Assembly (NCBI GenBank): GCA_047495785.1
Contig: JBLDXI010000066.1
Location: forward strand, 682,001 to 746,000
DNA length: 64,000 bases
Direction of reading: 5' to 3'
Origin: Lepidodermella squamata
Taxonomy: Eukaryota > Animalia > Gastrotricha
The notes beneath the pieces were generated by a model. It made no database searches, was not told where the DNA came from, and saw only the letters and a list, made by a program, of their open reading frames with translations. The position numbers and the translations under genes are program-made. Shown in pieces: positions 37,101 to 49,411 of the stretch (the first letter of the stretch is position 1; every line of letters starts with the position of its first letter).

Positions 37101-37496
37101 TTTTCTATTCAGAACTGCAGGAACTTTGAGTATTAGCTTGAAGCAAACAAATGGCATTAGTTTTGTTCTTGCATCGGAATAATTTAGCGATTTTTGTTTT
37201 GCCTGTGTTGTGTAGATGTGTTCTGAGTTACAGCTTATAGCAACCGGTCACAGATGGCACGTCAATCACTCTGAAAATCGAATTCATCGCTGTTCGATAC
37301 AAACAGATTGGAACGAATGAAGTTCAAAATACAGATTTATTCAGTAAAAGCTAGACGATACATTAGCATCCACGGAAAATTATGCAGAAATAGGAAAAAT
37401 TTACTATTCAATTTGAAACTTCAAAATCCTAAATTTTCAGAATTTATAACAAAATGGCAGTCATAAATTGTATGAAAAATTCTTATGTCAATTATT

Positions 37497-37793
37497 TCAC
37501 TTGGGCAGCTCTCGGTGGATGTGGTGAACAGCCTCGGCAAATTCTGAAAAAAAATTCAAAAATTAATTAAAATTTCATGGAAAAAATATGAATAAATTCT
37601 CACCTTTAAAATCGATGCTGCCGTTATGGTTTTGGTCAACCTTAAGCCAGACAGCGTCGATGAGCGGCTCTGGAGCCGGGCGGCCCAGAGCCTCGCTAAC
37701 CGCCACAGCGAATTCCAGCTTGGAAATGCGCCCGGATTTGTTCTTATCCGCAGCATCGAACGCTTTCTTAACTTCAATGGGCGACGGGTTCAT
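37497..37793 (-). CDS. Small 2-EF-hand calcium-binding protein 1 (exons 37793-37604, 37543-37497)
   Basis: DKNKSGRISKLE and DQNHNGSIDFK|E loops. Confidence 0.9.
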
Positions 37794-38207
37794 CCTTAGT
37801 TTAAAATTTACGAACAATTATAAAAGAATAATTTTTGACGATATGATCACTCGGTCGTATTAACTCGGGTTTTTATATGGCTGGCTGATCCAGGTGTCGA
37901 TGGCGGAAATTCACCAATTATCGGCGGTGTTATTTGCTCAAAAAATACAGGTCCAATTTAGTATGCCACGCTACAGCCTTTACCTATATTGATTATCAGG
38001 TCAATATACAGGAAAAAATACAGGTTAATGAAACGGTAAGTGCGATTTATTTTTTTCTGTTCGACGATATATATACGATGATGCAGGAAATTAAAAGACA
38101 AATAAATTATTAAAATAACATTGACTAGAAAAAAATTAAATAGAGCCTATAATATAAATTATGGTGGTATGAACGAAAAAAATTATTTCAAGTCAATTTT
38201 TTTAATT

Positions 38208-38514
38208 TTAGTCCTTTTCATTTACGCTTGGCTTGCACCATATATGCTGAAGCCAATTGGCAAAATTCTGAAAAAAAAATTAAAAATTAAAAAAAATTTA
38301 TTAGAAAAAATGAGAATTTACCTGGGAAATCGATTGATCCGTCGTTATTTTTGTCCACCTTGCACCATAATTGATCGATAGCCTCTTCGGGCGCAGCGTG
38401 GCCCGAAATTTCCGAGATGGCCTTCTGAAATTCAGCTTTCGAAACTCGGCCGTTTCGATTCGTATCCATTTTATCGAAAACAACTCGCAGGGCAGCTGGG
38501 TTGGTCCGTTCCAT
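38208..38514 (-). CDS. Small 2-EF-hand calcium-binding protein 2 (exons 38514-38322, 38266-38208)
   Basis: DTNRNGRVSKAE and DKNNDGSIDFP|E loops; same intron position. Confidence 0.9.
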
Positions 38515-38808
38515 GGTTTTTGTCGAAAAAAATGCTTGCAAAAAAATATTCTAGAACATTTTAATATTATATATAGATACAAAAAAATAATTGTTTTATT
38601 TGCATATAATTATGCATGGGGTTTTAATTTATAATGGGGCGAAAAATAAGTACAAAATTTGCATGCTGTTATGCTGTTGTGCCAAAAGCAGAAACAAATG
38701 TGTTCTATTATTATTATTATTGCAGGAGACCCACGCTTTTGTTGTTTTTTATTACGGCAGACGCGTGGGTTTGGGGCGTATTTCCCGTTTGCGCGCAGTC
38801 GAGCTTTC

Positions 38809-39243
38809 CTAATGTTTCGCCATCATCATAGACTCAACGGCTTTGATCATGTGACAAAATTCTACAAAGGTTGACAAAAACAAAAACAAATCAGAAATTA
38901 CTCTACATTTCCGTGCTATTCAAGGCAGTGCTCTGTTTTCGTGACTTGAACAATACCCTATGGCGCTATTACTTATATTTCTTGAAATTGCGCCAAAAGT
39001 AGAACATTAAAGTGTGGAATAACAAAAAGGTTTAAACTTGAAAAAATGACCTTCGAAATCGACGGTTCCATTGCTGTTGCTATCAGCCTCGTTCCAGACG
39101 CGGTCGACGACATGTTGCGGCGGTAGTTCTTTCGTTACCTCAACAATAGCGAGTTGAAATTCTGTTTTCGAAATTTTGCCGCTTTTATTCTTGTCGAACG
39201 AATCGAAAGCTATTTTCAGCTGCGAAGACGAGAGTTTAGACAT
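38809..39243 (-). CDS. Small 2-EF-hand calcium-binding protein 3 (exons 39243-39051, 38861-38809)
   Basis: DKNKSGKISKTE and DSNSNGTVDFE|E loops; same intron position. Confidence 0.9.
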
Positions 39244-39982
39244 TATTTTTATAATGCGTAAAAAAAATTAAATTAAAATGAACGAAATTCAGTGCAAATA
39301 AAATTATTGTTTCAATCGTTTTTTTCTCCATCCAACGCCGCTGATCAAATAGAGTAATAATTTCCTTTTTTGTTTTCTTAGCCACGTCGTCTTAGGTGGC
39401 GCATGGAGGTAATAAAATTTCGCCTTGTTGTGTGTGTGCGCCAATTTTTTTTCCAATGCGCCACAATCACTGGGCGGATGCCAGCCTAATTATACCTTTT
39501 CAGGTCGCGACCTACTTAACGCCAGACGTGTAATCTGAGAGTGAAAATCGCACCTAAAATGGCATTGAATTCCTAACCCATAAATGCAAAAAAAATTAAG
39601 ACGGATTTTTTTTCTAATTTTTTTTCCATTTTATCGATTTTTTTCTCGAGTGCGTATTTTCACTTGATATGTGAATGATGATAATAAAAAGTGTCACTTG
39701 ATAGAATAAAATTCGATTATTCATATCTATAGTTTTATAGTTGATTGCCCGGACAAGAAAGAGGCCGCATCTAATAAATCTCAAAATTGAATTAAGTGGT
39801 GCATTAACGCGCGTGTGGGACACATCAAAGCAATAAAATAAAATCGATCAACCTCTTCAACGCTGAGATGATTGCTAAAATAAATTATTGGTCCTTCCAC
39901 TCAACAACCAAAAAAGCGAAGTGAATTTCGAAAAAAGTGGCTTCGAAATTTCAAATATTCTCGAATTTTCCTATAATTGAAA

Positions 39983-41080
39983 ATGATCGACATTTCGTTG
40001 CTTTTGATTTTTCTAAACTGTTCATCTTCGATCGCGAATGTCATTTTCAGTTGTTGGTGGGCTTTCGGTTATTTTGACGCGTCAACCTGCCTAAACGAGT
40101 GTTTCTTCAACACGAAACGCAACGCCCTCAAATTCTGGGCCTACCACCCGATTTATAACCCAGCTTCAGACAGCGCCTTGACCGAATGCAAAATACCTTG
40201 CCTCGACGCAGTTAAACCCACCTTAATGTCGAATTTCGCCGCAATTCTTCACCTATCAATCGTATTCGTAGTTTCGAGCAAATCGAAATTTCCTGAAAAA
40301 TCGGATAAAATGCTACGAAAATTCCTGAATATTACAGGAATAAGTCTGTTAGTCCTACAATTAGCCGCCTACGTCATGGCTAGAATTAACTGGACAGCCA
40401 ACGAAATTTCTGGAACTTTTGTCGAAAATTGGGTTCGAATTTTCCCGGATAAGGAACAGCCGATACTGGATATGGACGAAATTTTTCAAGCTGCTATGAT
40501 AACTACAACAATCGCGATAACATTTCACAGTCTAAGAGCTGTTGGGATTAATTCGAAGAAAAACGAACAAGACGCAGCCGTGAATCAACCGCAAAATCTC
40601 AAGTTTATTCTAAAACCTGAATTTTTACATAATTTATGCGCAGTTTTGACGTTGAAATTCTTTTTTTGCCTAATTTCAGCCGCGACTTGCATGGCATTAT
40701 CATTTGCCTGGTTTGTATCGCTTTACGGCTTGGTCGATCTTGGCCCTTTTACCCTAAATCTTTCATTGAGCAGGCAAATTTACAGTCGATTGGCGTTTTT
40801 TCTTGCGCATATGATGATTTTGAGTCTGGCATCGCCAATTTCGGTGTTTTACGCCGCCTTCTCGCAGGTTAGGTCAACGTTTTTGTTGTACGCCATCGAT
40901 TTTATTGTTCTGGCGTGTTTTACCGCCTATGTAATTATTGATCCGCTGTCGACTGGTGAGCAAATGATGTGCTACGACGCTGTGATGGGCGGTTTTAATT
41001 TGCTTATGCTTATCATCGATTTTGCGCTACATTCTTTTCCGGATATTCATCGCGGCAGCCGATCAATATTGGACTATTAA
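39983..41080 (+). CDS. Intronless ~8-TM protein, unnamed family, member A
   Basis: Hydrophobic segments; WWAFGYFDASTCLNEC, LASPIS..Y, DFALHSFP shared with paralogs. Confidence 0.85.
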   Translation: MIDISLLLIFLNCSSSIANVIFSCWWAFGYFDASTCLNECFFNTKRNALKFWAYHPIYNPASDSALTECKIPCLDAVKPTLMSNFAAILHLSIVFVVSSKSKFPEKSDKMLRKFLNITGISLLVLQLAAYVMARINWTANEISGTFVENWVRIFPDKEQPILDMDEIFQAAMITTTIAITFHSLRAVGINSKKNEQDAAVNQPQNLKFILKPEFLHNLCAVLTLKFFFCLISAATCMALSFAWFVSLYGLVDLGPFTLNLSLSRQIYSRLAFFLAHMMILSLASPISVFYAAFSQVRSTFLLYAIDFIVLACFTAYVIIDPLSTGEQMMCYDAVMGGFNLLMLIIDFALHSFPDIHRGSRSILDY

Positions 41081-42002
41081 CGATGAATAAATTTGCATTA
41101 TACACGTAGAAAATTCAAACAAAATGTTGTTCCATCTCTCAAACAGAAAATCCCAGAAAAACCACAGGGAACAATTAAGTGTCGATTCGACTTTGTTTCA
41201 TTTTTCGCTCTCCTCCAAAAAACGTCAAGAGAAATGGCTGTACGGCTGTATAGACCACTATAAATTTATTCAGGAGGACAAGAGCGCTCGGAAAAGTATT
41301 TTGACAGCATTTCTAGGCCTTATAACGGTTTAGAATTATATCTCATCGAAAATCACTAGGGTTTGGCGAATATTCTGACATCGGGAGATGTTGATGTCGC
41401 TTTCAAGATTCAAGATAATTGAACGATGAGTCGGACGATATTAAAAACAGGTTGATAGCCATGAGGGTTGTTGAGAAATTTGACTTTAAAGTTTACCATG
41501 CTAATTTCGAAAAAAGTTCGCCTGGGAAATTTGAGTTTTTATTGCATCAATTAACAATGTCCCACACAATAAATTCTAATATTTTTTGCGCTTTAGACCA
41601 TTATTAGGGTAATCTAACAAGGTGAGGAATTTCGCTAGATGTTCAAAAATTTTGGTTGAATCCAGCTAATGTCTCTTCAACAAGCTGAATAGATAGGCTT
41701 TTCAACAACACTTTGGGATTTCTCGTCTTTTAAGGAGGACGGGAGCCTCCTAGAGGTCGGAAAATTGAAATTTGAAACTGAGTAAGATCATTGGAAAATA
41801 CAGAAAATCCACCAAACCCCACTTTTCACTTGTAAACAGTCAAATTTAAAGAAATCATCAATATTTACTGCAAAATATTTCCATTATTACTGACAAATTG
41901 GTGCAGAAGGATGCAATCGCAGCGAAGTCGATTATTTCCAGAAAAAAGAGAAAAATTGCCATTAAAGCAAAGATCAGTTAGATATTCTCCTTGGCATCGG
42001 GT

Positions 42003-42335
42003 TTACATCTGAGGAAATTCTACGACGTCAAACGCATCAGTTATAACAATGCGTCGAATCTTCTGGTTAATCTGCTTAAGTTTCTTGCTCAGGAGACTGT
42101 TGAAGCCAGGCTGCTGCTGGTTGTTGCTGCTGAAATCCCTAGCAATTCGCGAGCGCATCGCCTTGAGGAAAATATTCAACCGAATCGCCGTGTCGATACT
42201 CAACGGTGTTTCTCCTTGTTGTTCGGGCTCATCGGCTTGAAGAACGTCGTCATTCAGATCTTGCAGAAACGCGTAAGAGGACGAGCAACAACTAATGAGG
42301 CTCGAAATCAAAAGGCAAGTCAGGAAAAGATGCAT
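42003..42335 (-). CDS. Secreted prepro-peptide (signal, acidic pro-region, basic amphipathic segment), 110 aa
   Basis: MHLFLTCLLISSLISCCSS; QDLNDDVLQADEPEQQ; RSRIAR; GFNSLLSKKLKQINQKIRRIV; conserved in paralog at 43866-44200. Confidence 0.7.
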   Translation of the reverse strand: MHLFLTCLLISSLISCCSSSYAFLQDLNDDVLQADEPEQQGETPLSIDTAIRLNIFLKAMRSRIARDFSSNNQQQPGFNSLLSKKLKQINQKIRRIVITDAFDVVEFPQM

Positions 42336-43865
42336 TTTATGGCAAAATACTTTCGATTCAGGATCAAGTTGCGAAAGAAATAGTAAGAAAAACTTCGAAA
42401 AGCGTAAGCGTGTACTAATTAGTGTCGTAATATTTGCCATGTTTATTGGCTGTTGGCTTGACATCATGTCCCAGGTGTTAAGTGAGAAGTGAGAGTCGCA
42501 CTGCTCAGATAGTTAGCAACGTTCACACTGATAAGCTGGATCGCGTCTCGAGGATGAATCAAAACTGACGTGACAAAGCATTTTGCGATTCATTTATGTC
42601 AAAATATATGAGGGATAGTGACGCTTACTCCTAAGGCTGAAGTAGCGAGAGGTCGCTTCATCGCAGCGAACTGCGATATCTCACAGTCATCCCTACATCC
42701 CTACAATTTGGGCAATAATTGAAGGCAATTCTTTAATATACACCCTGATTAATGCACTCATCATAGTCCGGGGTGACTCGCATGCGTCGACATTTTTGAA
42801 TATGATGATATTTATCTAATTTCAAATGCGACTTATTTAGGTGTCAGGTGACGGTTAGAACAATTCTATTATGATTGACTTCATATCTTTATCTGGTTAG
42901 TGTCTCGGAGTGCGACACCCCAGCACCCCTGTAATTCGCACCCTGTCCTTTACGCATTCGCGTCAATTTTACCGAAAAATAAGCAAATATAGCTAAGACC
43001 TTAGGTCGGTTGGGGTGCGCGTAAATCTTCCTCCCGGTAATGTTTCCTCAATAATAGTTAAGTTCGGCAGGCCAACACATCAAAAAACAGCAAAAAAAAC
43101 AGCAAAAAACCCACAGGGGACCCTTTGATTATGAATTTTGGGCCCGAAAATACCACCTAGTTCGAGGATCCTACTTCGCGCACTGCTCACTAGGTCACTC
43201 CGGGTTCACGAAGTCACTAGCCTTCAGTTGCGTCATCTTGGTTAGTCGATACATGCGGGGCAGTATTTGGTGACAGTGATTGTCTTCAACCTAACGGGCT
43301 TGAAAAATTCACTGAGCTGTAAACGATCTTTTTTTAATTGATGTTCATCTAAAGGGAGTTGCCCGTCAACTGTCAAAGGCGGACATGCTTTAACAAACTT
43401 GCTAAATTTATACCAAACAATAGTTCTGGCAACTTCTGGTACTCCACTGCTTTTTGTGTTATAATGGGGCTGATGCATGAGACTGATCCCCTTATTTGTG
43501 CCAACAGTCATTGTTGGCTGTGTTTTCACGATAAATAAATCAAACAGTTTTTTACTGGCCAAATTTTGTTTCAGAGAATCGCTCATCGATTGGCTCCGAG
43601 AGAATTGATCAGGGTCTTATTGGAATGGCGAAGTTATAAATGATAGCATTTGGAGGTTATATCCCCCAAAAAGCAGTTGTATGCCACAAATAATGCATGT
43701 TTTTATTTGTACTTGTTTGAGTTAAGTTAGTGCAGGTGGGAGGTGGGTACATGGTACATCAGTATTCCAGAAAAAAAGACAGCGGGTCAAAAAGTAAGTA
43801 ATGATATCACGAAAAGAGAAATTCTCTCTACATCAGTAACAATCCGCTTCGGAAGTACAATGCTG

Positions 43866-44200
43866 CTATTCAGGAATTTCAACTACGTCGAACGTCTCTG
43901 TTATAACAATGCGCCGAGTCTTCTGGTCTATCTGCCTGAGCTTCTTGCTCAGAATACCGTTGAAGCCGGGCTGCTGATTGTTGTTGAAATCACTTGCAAT
44001 TCGCGAGCGCATCAAATGCTCAATTTCGGTTGAATCGCTGAGATGTCGCGAAGCGATGTTCGCTCTTCAGACAGAGGCTGTTGTTGCTCGGGTTCATCGA
44101 CTTGAAGCACTTCGTCATTCAAATCCTGTAGAAAGGCGAACGAGGACAAGCAACGACTTGTGAGGCTTGAAATCAACAGGCAAGTCAAAGCAAAACGCAT
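43866..44200 (-). pseudogene. Frameshifted paralog of the prepro-peptide gene
   Basis: MRFALTCLLISS...QDLNDEVLQVDEPEQQ in one frame; MRSRIASDFNNNQQPGFNGILSKKLRQIDQKTRRIVITETFDVVEIPE* in another; upstream DNA (44345-44510) also matches 42500-42640. Confidence 0.7.
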
Positions 44201-44818
44201 TTTTCGAAATAAATTGTAAAATGAGGACCAAATAATTGAGAATGAAATCACAGTTGAAGTCGAAGGGGTCTATATAGTTTACTAATTAGGTAGTGTCGGA
44301 ATATAAGGTAGCAGTCATTTTTATGGTACAACCTTACATTTGAATTCACACTGTTCTATGTTATCAACGTCCACACCGATGTGCTGGATCGCGTCTCTGC
44401 AGGATGTATCAGCGCTGATGTGACAAGATTAAAGCATTTTTCGATTCGATTATGTTCCTATATTTCGTTTAAGGACTAATGACCCTTGTCCTACGATCGA
44501 GGCTTAAGTAGGCTGCAATACTAGGTGAAAGGACGCGGTGAATGTAAGTTTCATTACGTACTGCTCGAAAATTTGAGCGGCTTCAATCAAAGGCCAGCCT
44601 CCCCAATTACACTCTTACTTAAGGAGGGCGTGATTTTTGTGAGTGACAAAATTTATTTGATTTAAAAGCGCGACTTGATGTAATTTGAAAATCCCTAAAA
44701 TGTATGCATCAGCTGATATCGCGTCACAGTTCACTGAATTGTGTTAAAATTTGCCACATAACTGCACATTTATATATTTTTTTTAACCAAAGAAGATCTT
44801 CGCATTGTCAGTTATGAA

Positions 44819-45803
44819 ATGAATTGCAACACATATATCAGAAAATCCGTCTTCTTCGCAGGAGCGAAGGTGCTGCAATTCCTACATTTCAGCTCGGCAG
44901 TTTCGAACGCTCTTCTCGCCTTTTGGTGGGCCATCAACTTCTTCGACGCAACGTCATGCCTAAATGAATGCCATTGCAGAGAAGCAACCACCCCAGGCAT
45001 CGTCGCGATATGTTCAGCTATTCTGTATCTATCTCTTGTCTTCATCATTGAAAGCAGGCGAAATTGGGCCACAGAATGCAGAGAGCAGTATAGATTCCTT
45101 ATTGGCCTATATGCAACAGGCGCTTTGCTTCTAATTCCGATTATTCCCGCCCTGGTCATTTCACGTTACAAATGGATTAATGCGACTAGTAAACACGTTC
45201 CAGTCAACATTTTACCACGATGGCATCCGGACAATTTTCTATCGCTTGATAACATATTCCTGGCCACGATTGTGTCCTCAATCGCTTCAATCACGATTCA
45301 TCTCATTAGGGCGGTAATCACTTTGGATATGCAAAATCGCGAGATCGCATCGGAAACTGATTTCTTCATCTATAGGATTGATAAACTTCACAGCTTCAGA
45401 TCTCTGGCGATCTTAAAGTGTCTGCTGAGTTTCGTCCCGTCTGTAACCTGTATGATTTACGTTAAGAATAGTGTCATGTCAAAATTCGGCCTTCTCGATC
45501 GTGCTAGATGGCTTTACATTCAATCATATGCAAATACGGCTTTGTTCCACCGTTTCGCGTTTTTTCTAACGCATTCGGTCATATTCAGCTGGGCGTCTCC
45601 GGTTTCAGTCACGTATGAACGGCCGTTGCAGACGAAAACCGCTTTTGCTATGTTTTTGATCGATTCCTTCGGGCTAGCGGCCTTCTTGCTGTATGCGGTG
45701 CTTGAGCGTTGCCGTGTTGCTTCCCAGCTTATTGTACATGGTGCTAGGAGGACTTAATCTTGCAGTTTTATTCGTCGATTTTCTCCTCCATTCTTTCCCC
45801 TAA
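44819..45803 (+). CDS. ~8-TM family member B, frameshift near 45700-45730
   Basis: WWAINFFDATSCLNEC, WASPVSVTY; last helix LLYMVLGGLNLAVLFVDFLLHSFP* is in a shifted frame. Confidence 0.75.
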
Positions 45804-46122
45804 TCAGTTTGAAATTATCTCATTCCGTAATTTGCATTGAAAATAAAATATCTCACGAATGTACGGGAAGAGATTCCCTTTTTAGAAGTAGCTGGGGTTC
45901 AATTGTGCAAATTTGTAGACTGTATCGAATTTCTTAAATATGAGTAAAAATTTGGAAATCGATTGATTTGTTTGCCTTGAAGTGGGTAGCTGTCTACACA
46001 CATCTGAATCCGAGGCCACTCTTTTGGGGGTTTGGAGGGCTCTAACCAAATATTTGCTATTCAATCAAGCGCCACGCCGCAGAAGGTGATTTATTCATAC
46101 CGAACTTCTCTCAACTTCAGGA

Positions 46123-47413
46123 ATGAGGAAATTCTTAGAGTATATCCTTATTGGATTTGCTTTCCTAACTAGCGTAAGGAATGCTTCAAATAACCAAACC
46201 AAGGCTTTAATGGATGAGCTACAGAAAGAGTATATCTACAACTTTTGCCCGGTCGTTCTCTCGAAAAGTGTCCCGAGTGAGACTGTCATTCGCAACAACT
46301 TCACGCAAGCTCTCCGTGTTAAAGCTTCTGCTTACCTGTTCCGTTTTATTGAAATAAGCGACGTAGAGCAGCGATTGTCGCTGTTTCTATACTTCACCTT
46401 CCAATGGCCGTTTCCATGCCCGATTTATGAATGTAGCGAAATCGTCCATGATTCACCACTCTGTCAACTACCGAAAGATCGCGTGGAAAATTTGTACTTC
46501 TTGCTATCACCCGGCGAAATTTGGCACCCGTACCTAGCCCATATGAATGCGCACGAGATGCCGAGACCGTTCGAAAACGCAATCGATGGCGATATAACAT
46601 TCATTTTCCCTTTCTCAGCATCAGGGCCTCAAGCATATATTGGGATGTGCAGGCGGATAGATACATCCTGCCAGTCGTTTTCTTTCAAGAACTTCCCATT
46701 TGATACCCTGGAGTGCGAGATGAAGTTCGAGCCTGAGGAAAGCGTCGAATTTCTGTGGTATGATGTTGCCTTCTACGGCGTGGATCACTCGCTGAGTTCA
46801 AACCTAATAAGTGACACTGATGTTTGGGAACTCGCGTATCCTGACGATCTAGCAAAGACGTTCACTGGCGAGAGTCGAAATATCAGCGAATCCACCGGGG
46901 TTTTCTCTAGGATTGTCCTAACCAGTCGTTTTAGGCGCAAATACAACTACTACGTCGCTAGCATGATGATCCCGTCTTATGCTACATTTGTCCTCCAAAT
47001 CACATGCCTGCTGTTACCACCCAAGTTACCCGATAGGTAAATTTGAACTTCTCACCTTGTTTTTGGCTAAGATTTTACTTACCAGGCCTTCATTCGCTAT
47101 GACAGCTGTTCTAGCTAATTCTGTCCTACTTGCGATGGTTTTTTCAAGCATCCCTCCAACCTCAGAAACAGTCTATTTTGTGAATATGGTGATCATCAAA
47201 TTTATTGTTGGACTTGTAATAACAATGTACACTTTATTGACGGTCCCACTTGCTTGCTGACAGGCCAGTAAGTACAAAATCGTAATTTTTCGGTGGAAAA
47301 TCACTCGCATTCGTTTGGCTGATGCTCTCATCGCCTTGGCTACTGTTGTCATAGGATTTACTGCTGATGTTTACTATTTTTCCAGGCTGAGAAGTGAATT
47401 GAAAAGTGAATAA
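46123..47413 (+). CDS. Divergent Cys-loop (pentameric) ligand-gated ion channel subunit; exons 46123-47036, 47086-47413; in-frame TGA at 47258-47260
   Basis: Signal peptide; IWHP; CQSFSFKNFPFDTLEC; RRKYNYY pre-M1; IPPTSE M2-M3 loop; M4-like RIRLADALIALATVVIGFTADVYYF lies after the TGA. Confidence 0.85.
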
Positions 47414-47654
47414 AGCCGCTATCGACATGAACTCGTGACTGCAAAGGGGAGTTGGGCAGAAAGACAACACAAGCCCGATAACGGCAGTAATTCATCTCTA
47501 TTTCGGTTGATTAGCGCATGATTCACCACTTAGCTCGTTGGCTGATAAGAAGTTGTGAATAAGACTCTGCGGTATAAAAGCAGCCGCCACCACACCGCGA
47601 GTCATTATCTACTCAAACAAACAAACAAAATCCTTTTCAAAAGTCAAAAATCAC

Positions 47655-48928
47655 ATGGGTCTAAAATCGATTCAGCTGGTCCTTGACAAAGCCTCGGTCA
47701 AGCCGATCTACCAATCCAATGATGTGATCAGTGGCTCGTGCAACTACGTCATCAATGCCGAGCGGGGCCTATTCAACTGCAACACGCAGAACGAGCAGGA
47801 GCCGATTGTACTGGAAATCACGCTTCAGGGACTGTCGAAAGTTCATTGGACTGAAACTCGTACAACAACTGTTAGTACTGGGAAATCGACCATTACGACG
47901 ACTTATACGGTCTCTTACTCATCATCGCGAACTTTGGTTAATTTGGTGAGCAGGACCACTCTGAAGGACGAAAAACTCACCCCAGGGCAACATAGCATTC
48001 CCTTCCAGTTCAAACTTCCGGAGAAGGGGTAAGTCAAGCGAAAAAACGACCTACCAAATTTTAATCACAGCTCTCAATTCACAGGCTATGCACGTCCTTT
48101 GAAGGAGCTCATGGCTTTATTCGATATTCGATCACTGCCCAACCGAAAGCATCATGGTTTGGATCCTTTTTCGTTCCTAAATCGACCTTACCTTTGAAGG
48201 TCGTCCAACGCTTGTTTACTAGCAACGCGGCCCAGTTGAAACCTGTCACAGGTACGAATTCGAAGTCTGTCTGCTGCCTGTTTCTTCAATCCGGCCCGCT
48301 AACTGTCGATGCCGAGTGCGATAGGGCTGCTTGTTATTGCCTGGGCGATGTCGCTCATCTCACGGCTGAATTCAGCAACATGTCCTCTCGAAAGGTTAAG
48401 CCTTACGTGAAACTCGTCCAAACCTGCGTTTTCACAGCCGATTGCGGGAAAATGAGGTCGACAACGAAGAGCTTCGATTTACAACCTGTGAACCAGAATG
48501 ACATGGAAAGTATTACTGCCTCGCAGTTATTGAAGGGAGCTTCGTCGAACTGGAATCAGATGGCTTTCAAACTCCCAACAGTTTCCCCCTCGATTGCTAG
48601 TGGCAATATTTCGGTGGTTTATCACTTCGAGGTGGCCATGTCAATCCCTTGGGCCTTTAACCTTCGCGTCAATTTGCCGATTTTGATGGGAACAGTTCCG
48701 TGTAAGAAACAGTCTGAAGTTAAGCCTCGAAAGGTTGCTGATAAGGCTGGCGAGATGGATTCCCTTGTTAAGAGCAACACTTACAATGACGAGGCGCCAC
48801 CTAGCTATTTTGCGACATTTTTGAATCAACAAATTGCAATTCTTCCGGAAAACTTTGATGAAGATTCACAGGAGAAAAATGGCAAGAAAAATGGAGCAAA
48901 AGGTAATGGGAAAGTCAAAGCTAAATAA
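47655..48928 (+). CDS. Alpha-arrestin (arrestin domain-containing protein); exons 47655-48028, 48085-48928
   Basis: G.SKVHWTE, LTPGQHSIPFQFKLP, TSFEGAHGFIRY, LPILMGTVP, C-terminal PPSY (PPxY). Confidence 0.92.
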
Positions 48929-49411
48929 TATTCTATGGTGTCATATAATATGCAAATTACTATTTTGATTAATAAAATGCGAATATATATTACTTGTTGA
49001 ATTTTGACTTTTGTGAGGAAGGTTTTACCTGCGATTCTCTATTCCCAGAGAAAAACGTGCGATGGGTGCTTCGTGCTACTACGATGCTCCCTCACTGAGG
49101 AATGCGATAGGGTTCAAAGAATTCTAATAAGGATTTTTGGCCTTTCTTCGGGTTATCCCCGGTCAAATGTTAGATAATGGATACGAAATACCTATCACTG
49201 ACGAAAGATACCGGAACCCTACAAAAATCCCCTTACAATTTTTGTTCCCTTTAATCTCAAACAAAGTGGTCAAAGATTCAAATATTCCCAGGCAACAAAT
49301 TTCCTAGAGTTCTAGAAATAAATTCAATTTTCATTGATTTTTCGCTTTCCCCGTCGCGCTAATCTGCTAAAAAGCCATATTTATACAGGACATACAATAA
49401 AAAATTGGGTA

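Noticed and set aside
4169-39243. EF-hand + DLC fusion like flatworm tegumental allergen-like proteins
   Set aside because: Separate genes >30 kb apart, each with its own start and stop.
43242-43586. 114 aa ORF between peptide genes
   Set aside because: No recognisable motif; possibly TE debris.
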